Shown here one piece after another: positions 55,599-64,000 of a DNA stretch of 64,000 bases. Source of the DNA: Vicinamibacterales bacterium (GTDB lineage Bacteria; Acidobacteriota; Vicinamibacteria; Vicinamibacterales; UBA8438); assembly GCA_963663815.1 (NCBI GenBank), contig OY760734.1, one strand, 5' to 3'. Both the position numbers and the translations under genes were made by a program. The notes beneath the pieces are model-generated. The model saw only the letters and a list, made by a program, of their open reading frames with translations, was not told the origin of the DNA and searched no databases. Numbering within the stretch: the stretch's first letter is position 1; every line of letters begins with the position of its first letter.

Positions 55599-58204
55599 GC
55601 CGCTTGCGGATCTTCGCCGTTCGCCTGCTGAATCTGTTCCGCCGCGGGCCATTCGAACGCGCGCTCGATGCAGAACTCCAGGCGTACCTGGAGCTGGACG
55701 TCGACGAGAACATCCGGCGCGGCATGGCTCCGAAAGAAGCGCGCCGCACGGCGCTGGCCCGCTTGGGAGGCCCGGAAATGATCCCGATCAAGGAACAATG
55801 CCGCGACGTACACCGCTTCCGCGCCGCCGCCGACCTGTGGCGGGACTTCCAGTTCGGGTTCCGGCGCCTGCGCGCGCGCCCGATTCTCGCCGGCGTGGCG
55901 ATCGCGGTGCTGGCCATCGGCATCGGTGCGAACACCGTCGTCTTCTCGCTGGTCGAAGCCCTGCTCCTGCGTCCCTCGCCCGGCGCGGACCCGCATCGGT
56001 TGGCCGTGGTGTCCACGAGCTACGGCGGCCTACAGGCTCTGAACTCCTATCCGGACTATCTCGATATTCGCGAGTCCACGCGCGACTTGTTCGAGCACGT
56101 CACCGCCATGTCTCTCACTCCGGTCGGCGTACGGTTCGGCGGAGAGACCCGGGTCATGTCCGCCCGCATAGTGGAGCCCAACTACTTCGATACGATGGGC
56201 CTGAGGCCGGTCCTCGGGCGCGGGTTCGAGGCGTCCGAGACCAGCCCCGTCGCGGTCATCGGACACGGAACGTGGCTTTCCGAGTTCGGCGGCGATCCGT
56301 CGGTGCTGGGCCGTGCGTTGGTCATCAACGGGTCGCCCTTCACCGTCGTGGGGGTGGCGCCGGCCGAGCTGGCTGTCACGCGAGACCTCGTCCGCGTCGA
56401 CGTCTGGCTGCCCACGGCCTTCGAGCAATCGGTACGGCTCGGTGACGCCCGACAGGAACAGCGGGGCACCCGTGGCTACGGCATAGTCGGTCGACTGCAC
56501 GACGGCGTCACGATCGACGAGGCACGGACGCGCGTGGCGGTCGTCGGTCGACGCCTCCAGCAGGCATATCCCGACGAGTGGACGGGCCCCTCCGGACAGC
56601 CGCTGGCCCTGACGGTCAGAGAGGCGAACGACGCCCGCCTGCCCTTTTCCGTATACGGGCCGCTGGCCGTGCTGACCGGGCTGGTCGGCACGCTCCTGCT
56701 CATCGTCTGCGCCAACATCTCGGGCCTCCTGCTCGCCGACGCGTCGTTTCGCCGTCGCGAGATGTCGATTCGACGGGCTCTGGGCGCGAGCCGGTTCAGA
56801 CTGGTCCGGCAGGTCTCCGTGGAGAGCCTCGGCCTCGGTCTGGCCGCGGGGGGCCTGGGCGTTGCGGCGGCGGCGGTCGCCGTCAGGTTCGTTGCGCTGC
56901 TGGTGTCGGACCTGCCCCTGCCGGTCCCGCTGCAGCTTGACCTCGAGGCCGGCTGGGGCCTGCTCGCGGCGTCGCTGGCCGTGTCATCGGGCGTCGGCCT
57001 CCTCGTCGGGTTCCTTCCGGCCCTGTACGCCACTCAAGCCAGGCCGCGTCTCGGAGGGTTCTCGCAGACGAGGCTGCGCAACACCCTGACCGCGATGCAG
57101 GCGACCACCGCCGTCTTTCTCCTCATCATCGCGGGATCCTTCGCGCGCAGTATCGTGACCGCGTACGCCGTCCCGCTCGGCTACGACGCCGCTGGGCTGG
57201 CGCTCGTCACCGTCGATCTGGAGGCGGCCGGGTACTCCGAAGATCGCGGTCGCGCGTATCTCCGACGCGTGTTGGAGCAAGTGCCGATGGCCGAAGCATC
57301 AAGAGCGCCGTTCCTGTCTCTCCAGGCGCTGCGATTCTTTATCGTGGATGTCGACGGGTACCGATTCGGGCCCGGAGAGGACCCGCTGATAAACGTGAAC
57401 GCCGTCAGTCCCGGTTACGTTCGCCTGATGGGCGTGCCCCTCCTTCAGGGTCGGGATCTCGAACCCGGAGAGAAAAACGCGGTGCTCGTCAACCGCGCGT
57501 TCGCGGAGCGGTTCTGGCCCGGGCAGAATGCCGTCGGCAGGCGACTGCGCGGACGTTCCACCGGCGGCCTCCCGTGGTCGACGGTGGTCGGCGTGGTCGA
57601 AGACGGCCAGTTCGTGCCGTTTCGAGAGGATGCGGTTCCCGTCGTGTTCGAGTCCACGGACGACGTCTACTCCGCTCAGGTCACGTTTCACATCCGGGGC
57701 GTATCGACCGAAGCGGCACGAGACGGCATCGCTCGAATCGACCCGGGCGTGCCCGTCGTGAACGTGGCGACGATGACCGAAATGGTCGGCACGGCGCTGT
57801 TGCCGGCGTGGATCGGGGCCGTCGTGAGCGGCTTCGTCGGGGCCGGCGGCCTGCTGCTCGCGTGCATCGGACTCTTCGGCACGCTGAGCTACGTCGTGGT
57901 GCAGCGGGCCCCGGAGATCGGTCTCCGCATCGCGCTCGGGGCCCGGCCGCTGCAGATCATCCGGCTGGTGGCGGGGAGCACGAGCGTGAAGCTGGCGACG
58001 GTCGGCGTCGTCGTCGGAGCTGCACTGGGCAGCGGCGTCTCGCCGCTGCTTCAGGCCCAGTTCTCCCGCGCCGGCGGCGTGGACCCGGTCGCGCTGGCGG
58101 GGGCGGCGGCGTGCCTCGTGCTGATGGCATCCGTCGCCGTCGGCCTGCCGGTCGCGCGCGCCCTCAGGATCGATCCCGCGGAGGTCTTGCGCGTCGAGGA
58201 GTAG
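55595..58204 (+). CDS. ABC transporter permease, ADOP family, paralog 2
   Basis: Collinear, highly similar to 52548-55217 with the same motifs; ATGA overlap. Confidence 0.93.
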   Translation: MSRLRIFAVRLLNLFRRGPFERALDAELQAYLELDVDENIRRGMAPKEARRTALARLGGPEMIPIKEQCRDVHRFRAAADLWRDFQFGFRRLRARPILAGVAIAVLAIGIGANTVVFSLVEALLLRPSPGADPHRLAVVSTSYGGLQALNSYPDYLDIRESTRDLFEHVTAMSLTPVGVRFGGETRVMSARIVEPNYFDTMGLRPVLGRGFEASETSPVAVIGHGTWLSEFGGDPSVLGRALVINGSPFTVVGVAPAELAVTRDLVRVDVWLPTAFEQSVRLGDARQEQRGTRGYGIVGRLHDGVTIDEARTRVAVVGRRLQQAYPDEWTGPSGQPLALTVREANDARLPFSVYGPLAVLTGLVGTLLLIVCANISGLLLADASFRRREMSIRRALGASRFRLVRQVSVESLGLGLAAGGLGVAAAAVAVRFVALLVSDLPLPVPLQLDLEAGWGLLAASLAVSSGVGLLVGFLPALYATQARPRLGGFSQTRLRNTLTAMQATTAVFLLIIAGSFARSIVTAYAVPLGYDAAGLALVTVDLEAAGYSEDRGRAYLRRVLEQVPMAEASRAPFLSLQALRFFIVDVDGYRFGPGEDPLINVNAVSPGYVRLMGVPLLQGRDLEPGEKNAVLVNRAFAERFWPGQNAVGRRLRGRSTGGLPWSTVVGVVEDGQFVPFREDAVPVVFESTDDVYSAQVTFHIRGVSTEAARDGIARIDPGVPVVNVATMTEMVGTALLPAWIGAVVSGFVGAGGLLLACIGLFGTLSYVVVQRAPEIGLRIALGARPLQIIRLVAGSTSVKLATVGVVVGAALGSGVSPLLQAQFSRAGGVDPVALAGAAACLVLMASVAVGLPVARALRIDPAEVLRVEE

Positions 58205-58387
58205 GTGCGGGCAATCGCTGGGCGACCTGCTCGGCGGCGGCCGTCTCCGGTGCCGGCTGCCGTGTCTCTCGGGCACGTCCGCCAGCACCGCATGGACACG
58301 CGCACAACGCCGATCGCCTCCCGCGGCCTGAGTCCGTACTGCCGCGGGTGCCGCCGGCTTTCAGGAGTCTCAAGGAGGATCCAGCCA

Positions 58388-59089
<702 letters not shown>

Positions 59090-59231
59090 GGTCCGTCGGG
59101 GTTCCGGCGCACGTGGCAACTCCGTGCGGCGTGCTGCCCGGCGGCGCGCCCGACCTGGTCGGGCTCCGCGAGCGGCCGGCTGCGGCGCGGTGGCCCGTCA
59201 GGGGCCGCGCGGCATCAGGACATAATGGGAT

Positions 59232-59642
59232 ATGGCTGAGAGACCGACGGACATCCCGCGCGGCGCGCGCGCCCCCGGCTACCCCCGTGCCCCCGGACAT
59301 CGCATCGCCTTCGTGCCCCGCCACGTCCGCGTGCGCGTGGCCGCGGGCGGGACCGAGATCGCCGCGACCACCGACGTCGTGGCCCTCGAGGAGAAGGGGT
59401 ACCCGACGCGCCACTATCTGGCCCGCGACGGCGTCGACATGTCCCGCCTGGAGAAGACGGGCAAGACGACGTTCTGCCCCTTCAAGGGGCTGGCCACCTA
59501 CTACCTGATCCACGGCCCCGAAGGCGAGGTCCGCGACGCCGCGTGGAGCTACGAGCAGCCGTATCGCGAGGCCGAGCTCGTGCGCGACCGCCTCGCGTTC
59601 GATGCGGACGCGGTGAAGGAGACGGTCGGCTCGACGCCGTGA
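59232..59642 (+). CDS. DUF427 domain protein
   Basis: LEEKGYPTRHYL..D, TFCPFKGLATYY and AAWSYEQP motifs. Confidence 0.9.
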   Translation: MAERPTDIPRGARAPGYPRAPGHRIAFVPRHVRVRVAAGGTEIAATTDVVALEEKGYPTRHYLARDGVDMSRLEKTGKTTFCPFKGLATYYLIHGPEGEVRDAAWSYEQPYREAELVRDRLAFDADAVKETVGSTP

Positions 59643-59728
59643 CCGGGTCACGGCGGGGGTCGAGGCGCCGGTCACCAAGGGGCTGACAGCCCGTGGCGAA
59701 AGCCGAGCGTCGGCGGCGCCACCGACGG

Positions 59729-59800
59729 GGTCTCGAGATCCGGAGGCTGGATGTCGACCGTCAGGCCCCACTCGAACCGCGACCGGAGCCGTTCCTCGAG
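59729..59800 (-). other. Isolated 72-bp dnaA coding fragment in intergenic DNA
   Basis: Minus strand translates to [24 protein letters not shown], the conserved DnaA AAA+ arginine-finger region. The flanking codons do not continue DnaA. Confidence 0.88.
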
Positions 59801-59849
59801 GAATCGGACCGGGGCGCCGGCCTCGCGCCCGGCGTGAGAGAATCCGTTC

Positions 59850-60587
59850 GTGCGTTTCGCGACGACGCGCTGGAGCATGGTGCTCGCGGCCGGCGCTGGT
59901 CCGTCAGAACGCGCCGACCGGGCCCTCGCGGAGCTGTGCGCCGGCTACTGGCATCCCCTCTACGCCTACGCTCGGCGGCGCGGCTACGACCCGGACGACG
60001 CCTGCGACCTCACCCAGGCCTTCTTCGCGCGACTCATCGAGCAGCGGTCACTTGCAACCGCGGACCCGGTGCGCGGGCGGTTCCGCAGCTTCCTGCTCAC
60101 CTCCATGAAGAACTTCCTCGCCAGCCAGTGGCGGCGAGAGTCCGCGGCAAAGCGCGGCGGCGGCGCGGACCTCGTGTCCATCGACGCGACCGATGCAGAG
60201 AACCGCTATCGGGTCGAGCCGGCCGACAACCGTACGCCCGAGGCGGAGTACGAACGGCGCTGGGCGCTCGCCCTGATCAGGCGGGCGTTGAACGACGTGC
60301 GGCGCGGCTACGCCGACCGGGGACAGATCGAACTCTTCGGCGCTCTCAAGGCGTACTTGGCCGCCGACATCGGAGAGGTGCCCTACGACGAGCTGTCTCG
60401 GCGGCTCGACCGGAGCGAGGCGGCCCTGCGGACGGCGCTGTCGCGGCTGCGCGCGCGCTGGCGGACCCGGCTGCGCGAGGTCGTCGCGGAGACGGTCAAG
60501 GACGAGCACCTGGTCGATGACGAACTCACCGATCTCGTCCGGGCCCTCGCCCCGCTGCGTGAGGGCGAGTCGCGCCGGCGCCTGTAA
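59850..60587 (+). CDS. ECF sigma-70 factor, Ser/Thr-kinase-associated type
   Basis: [25 protein letters not shown]...[15 protein letters not shown], and a sigma4 HTH ([23 protein letters not shown]). Confidence 0.9.
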   Translation: MRFATTRWSMVLAAGAGPSERADRALAELCAGYWHPLYAYARRRGYDPDDACDLTQAFFARLIEQRSLATADPVRGRFRSFLLTSMKNFLASQWRRESAAKRGGGADLVSIDATDAENRYRVEPADNRTPEAEYERRWALALIRRALNDVRRGYADRGQIELFGALKAYLAADIGEVPYDELSRRLDRSEAALRTALSRLRARWRTRLREVVAETVKDEHLVDDELTDLVRALAPLREGESRRRL

Positions 60588-60617
60588 CAGCGCGCGGGGA
60601 ATCGCGTAGCAACCGGC

Positions 60618-62120
60618 ATGACCGATACACGAACCTGTTCCCGTTGCCACGCCGAGATCCCCGCCGATGCGCCACCCGGAGTTTGTCCCGCGTGCGCGCT
60701 GCGCGCCGGGCTCGGCCCGGAGACCTCACCCGAGGCCACCCGGCAGCAAGCAGCTCCCGGCGGGCTCCCGAGCCCCGAGGAGCTGCGCCGCCGGCTCCCC
60801 GACCTCGACGACTTCGAGCTGATCGGCCCCGGCGGCATGGGGACGGTCTACCGGGCGAGGCACAAGCCCCTGGACCGTCCCGTCGCGGTGAAGGTGCTCC
60901 ACGCCCACCTGCAGGACGACCCGTCGTTCGCCGAGCGCTTCGCCCGCGAGGCGCGGACGATGGCGCGCCTCGACCATCCGCACATCGTCCGGGTCTACGA
61001 CTTCGGACACCGGGAGGGCCTCTACTACCTCGTGATGGAGCTCGTGGACGGGGTGAGCCTGCGGCAGGCGCTGGCCGACGGCGGGTTCACCCCGGCGCAG
61101 TCCCTCGCGATCGTGCCGCGCATCTGCGAGGCGCTGCAGTACGCGCACGACCAGGGGGTGGTGCACCGCGACATCAAGCCCGAGAACATCCTGCTCGACC
61201 GCTCCGGGTCGCCGAAGATCGTCGACTTCGGCCTCGCCCTGCTGACCCGATCGGCCACCGAGACGCGTCTGACCCGGCAGGCCCGCGTGCTGGGCACCCC
61301 GCACTACATGGCGCCCGAGCAGATCGAGCGCCCCGCCGAGGTGGACCACCGCGCCGACATCTACGCCCTCGGGGTCGTCTTCTACGAGATGCTGACCGGC
61401 GAGCTGCCGCTCGGCCGCTTCCCCCCGCCGTCGCAGAGGGTCGAGATCGACGTCAGCCTCGACGAGGTCGTGCTGCGCACCCTCGAGAAGGAGCCGCGCC
61501 GGCGGTACCAGCACGCGCGCGAGCTGAGCCGCGACGTCGAGCGGTCGGCGACCGCAGCCGGGACCCCGCACGATCGGCGTCCGCCGCCGGAACGGGGCTG
61601 GACCCCCACCCGCCGGGGCCGGCGGCGCGGCCGGCGGCCGCGGCGTCCCGACTTCGAGTACCGATCGAGCCGGACCGTCTGGGGCCTGCCGCTGATCCAC
61701 GTCGCCCACAACCACGATCGCGACGGCTGGCACGACACGCCGGCGGGCGTCGCCCGGGGCATCGTCGCCATCGGCGACATGGCGATCGGACTCGTCGCCA
61801 TCGGCGGGATCGCCCTGGGCGGCGTCGCGATCGGCGGCATGCCGGTCGGCTTCATCAGTCTCGGCGGCATGGCGTTCGGGCTGCTGATGGCCGTCGGCGG
61901 ATTGGCGGCGGGGGTGTTCGCGGCCGGCGGCATGACGTTCGGGGTGGTGGCGACCGGCTTCCGTGCAAGGGCCCTGCTGGACCTGACGCCCGAAGCGATG
62001 CAGTGGGTGTCGTTCGCCGCCTGGGGACTGGCCACCGCCGTGGTGACGGCAATCGCGGCGGGACTGATAATCTGGTGGCGCGACGCCGATGACGGCGACG
62101 CCGGCGACGCCGCGACGTGA
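60618..62120 (+). CDS. Hanks-type Ser/Thr protein kinase with N-terminal Zn-ribbon and C-terminal membrane domain
   Basis: CSRC..CPAC, IGPGGMGTVY, VAVK, HRDIKPEN, DFG, GTPHYMAPE, and a Gly-rich hydrophobic C-terminus. Confidence 0.94.
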   Translation: MTDTRTCSRCHAEIPADAPPGVCPACALRAGLGPETSPEATRQQAAPGGLPSPEELRRRLPDLDDFELIGPGGMGTVYRARHKPLDRPVAVKVLHAHLQDDPSFAERFAREARTMARLDHPHIVRVYDFGHREGLYYLVMELVDGVSLRQALADGGFTPAQSLAIVPRICEALQYAHDQGVVHRDIKPENILLDRSGSPKIVDFGLALLTRSATETRLTRQARVLGTPHYMAPEQIERPAEVDHRADIYALGVVFYEMLTGELPLGRFPPPSQRVEIDVSLDEVVLRTLEKEPRRRYQHARELSRDVERSATAAGTPHDRRPPPERGWTPTRRGRRRGRRPRRPDFEYRSSRTVWGLPLIHVAHNHDRDGWHDTPAGVARGIVAIGDMAIGLVAIGGIALGGVAIGGMPVGFISLGGMAFGLLMAVGGLAAGVFAAGGMTFGVVATGFRARALLDLTPEAMQWVSFAAWGLATAVVTAIAAGLIIWWRDADDGDAGDAAT

Positions 62121-62195
62121 CCACTACGACGCGGGAGACCGCCTTGGGGCGGTCCGCATGCTGAAAGCAATCCCGTATCGCCTCTGGTAGACGAC

Positions 62196-62594
62196 ATGGC
62201 CTCCGAGACACTCTACGACGCGGCATTCCCCTTCGCCGACGACGTCCTCGCGTTGCCGGTCGAGGACATCGAGCGAGCGGCACGGTGGTACGCCGACCGG
62301 TTCGGTCTCGTCGAGGTCGAGCGGCGCGACGACCCCGTGCCGACGGTGATTCTGGAACGCGACGGCGTGCGCATCGGCTTCGCGGTCAACGGCGGCGATC
62401 CTGGCAACGAGGGAGCCGCCATCCGGGTGACGGACATCCGCCGGGCCCGCGACGAGCTGGAGGCCAACGGCGTCAAGACCGCCAACTGGCGCGTGGACGA
62501 GCGTGACGGCGAGCGGTACCAGGTCTTCTTCGTGGTCGCGCCGGACGGGCTCTGCTACTACTTTCATCAACCGATTGGTCGTGCCGACAAGTAG
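62196..62594 (+). CDS. VOC/glyoxalase family protein
   Basis: LPVEDIERAARWY..RFG...IRVTDI......L.ANG...FFVVAPDG..YYF pattern. Confidence 0.85.
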   Translation: MASETLYDAAFPFADDVLALPVEDIERAARWYADRFGLVEVERRDDPVPTVILERDGVRIGFAVNGGDPGNEGAAIRVTDIRRARDELEANGVKTANWRVDERDGERYQVFFVVAPDGLCYYFHQPIGRADK

Positions 62595-62716
62595 GCCCGA
62601 ACCGGCCGTCGCGCCCGCGGAGCGCATGGCCGAATGGACGCGGCAAGTGTGGACCGAGCACGTTGTCGGCGTCCTCGACCACGGGAACGGGTGCCGAGCC
62701 CGGCCATAGGCGCCGC

Positions 62717-63481
62717 ATGCCGCCTCCACGCATCCTGCTGATCTTCGCGCATCCGGACGACGAGAGCTTCATCGCCGCCGGTCTGGTACGCGGCCACGCC
62801 GACCGCGGCGCACGAACGGCGCTCGTGACCGCGACCCGCGGCGATGCCGGACGCGTCGGCGATCCGCCTCTGTGCGACCGGGCAGAGCTGCCGGCCGTCC
62901 GCGAGGCCGAGCTCCGCCGGGCCGCCGCCGTCCTCGGCATCTCCGACGTGCAGCTGCTCGACTACCGCGACAAGCACTTGGCCGAGGCGCCGGCGAACGG
63001 CATGCGTGAAGCCCTGGTCCGGCGCATCCGGGGGCACCGGCCGCATCTGGTGATCAGCTTCGATCCCAATGGGATGAACGGCCATCCCGATCATGTCGCC
63101 ATCGCCCGGTTCACGATCGACGCAATCGCGGCGGCGGCCGATCCGCGGTGGATGGCCGCGGCCGGGCGGCCGTACCGAGTGCCTCGTCTTCTCTGGACCA
63201 CGCCGGTCCCGCCGTGGGAAGTGACGCGGCCGCGGAATCTTGGCCGCGAGCCGGGCGTCGACTTCGTGGTCGACGTGTCGGCGCAGCGGGCGGCGAAGGC
63301 GGCCGCGCTGCGGGCCCATCGCACGCAGCACGTCCCGATCGATCGCTGCTTCTTCAGCAAGCCGGACGTCGACCGAATCCTGAGCGTCGAAGTGTTCAGG
63401 CAGGCGTGGGGCCCGCCGTTGCGGCGTGTTCCCGAGAACGATGTGCTGGCCGGAATCGACCTGTCGGAGCCGACCCCGTAG
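62717..63481 (+). CDS. PIG-L family deacetylase (MshB/BshB-like)
   Basis: FAHPDDES, TRGDAG, REAEL..AAAVLG, GHPDH and AHRTQ motifs. Confidence 0.92.
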   Translation: MPPPRILLIFAHPDDESFIAAGLVRGHADRGARTALVTATRGDAGRVGDPPLCDRAELPAVREAELRRAAAVLGISDVQLLDYRDKHLAEAPANGMREALVRRIRGHRPHLVISFDPNGMNGHPDHVAIARFTIDAIAAAADPRWMAAAGRPYRVPRLLWTTPVPPWEVTRPRNLGREPGVDFVVDVSAQRAAKAAALRAHRTQHVPIDRCFFSKPDVDRILSVEVFRQAWGPPLRRVPENDVLAGIDLSEPTP

Positions 63482-63724
63482 AAGGCCGCAACGAGACGCG
63501 TCCACCCTCCGTGCGGCGGGAGCCTCGATCCGCCGGGGCCCTCCAACAACCAGTGTGGCGCCGCGATTCGCTCCCGTCGACGGCCTACTCCTGTACCGTC
63601 AGATAGGCGAGCCGGTCGCCGCGGTACGACCCCGGCCACACAGTCCGTGGCCGATGCGGACCGCGGTGGTGGACGACATGAACCTGTTCGATGGCGGACT
63701 CTCACCAAGCGATCGGCGAATGAC

Positions 63725-64000
63725 TCACTCGTCGGGCTCTATTGCCTCGAGGAGGAGGTACATGCCCGACGATGGATTGTCTTTCGGGAATTCCCTTCCG
63801 TCACCTGCGTGCTTGTCAGTCAAGGCACGCGCACGTCGAGCCGCATCGGCTCGCCGCGGCATGTACTGCGAGCCGTCCAGGCCTTTGCCCGAACTCTTGT
63901 CGTGCTCGCGACGCAGTCTCCTCGCATCGTCGTTATTGAGCCAAGCCGTGTGGCTCTCGAAATGGAGCGCCAGCCACAGCTCGAAGCATGGGTTCGAAAT
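63725..64000 (-). CDS. RloB family protein, C-terminal part (5' end beyond the window)
   Basis: Minus strand from 64000 reads ISNPCFELWLALHF...DNPSSGMYLLLEAI*, matching the RloB SNPCFELW and NPS motifs. The ORF track missed it because it has no start in the window. Confidence 0.85.
   Translation of the reverse strand: MSNPCFELWLALHFESHTAWLNNDDARRLRREHDKSSGKGLDGSQYMPRRADAARRARALTDKHAGDGREFPKDNPSSGMYLLLEAIEPDE

Noticed and set aside
59672-59878. 68-aa ORF as a functional dnaA-like gene
   Set aside because: Only 24 codons match DnaA, the rest is unrelated, and it overlaps the ECF start. Reported as a fragment instead.
63540-63720. Open frame after PIG-L (DGLLLYRQIGEPV...)
   Set aside because: No recognisable family, start or RBS.

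Overview
High-GC window that looks like Acidobacteriota (Vicinamibacteria-like). This is inferred from the PadR/ADOP permease operon, many secreted hydrolases, and the Rpn, Uma2 and ankyrin genes typical of sponge symbionts. Layout: (1) 1-12.5 kb holds blaI/blaR1-TonB, an internally deleted PQQ dehydrogenase, a beta/gamma-crystallin lipoprotein, DUF5916, ilvA, an amidase and DUF2272. (2) 12.6-29.2 kb is a decaying toxin-antitoxin/defence hotspot: an AbiEi-like/nucleotidyltransferase pair, tricorn protease, Phd/VapC, a cyclase gene present once intact and once as two halves flanking a ~7.2 kb insert, an IS66 relic, a lower-GC frameshifted Hna-like helicase-nuclease, an Rpn relic and an MNT-HEPN fusion. 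(3) 29.3-48.8 kb is metabolic and secreted genes, including a heme c/copper-monooxygenase-like operon, mutY, a SnoaL-ankyrin fusion and a DMFase-beta-like protein. (4) 49-59 kb is an MFP-TolC-PadR-ADOP-ADOP-ATPase exporter operon. (5) 59-64 kb holds DUF427, an ECF sigma/Ser-Thr kinase pair, VOC, PIG-L and a partial RloB. The most unexpected signal is a 72-bp stretch at 59729-59800 whose minus strand reads [24 protein letters not shown], a dnaA segment. It sits antisense in a hairpin-rich intergenic region and is bounded by two CTCGAG sites. No rRNA, complete tRNA or CRISPR array was seen. All family calls come from motif recognition by eye; no database was searched.
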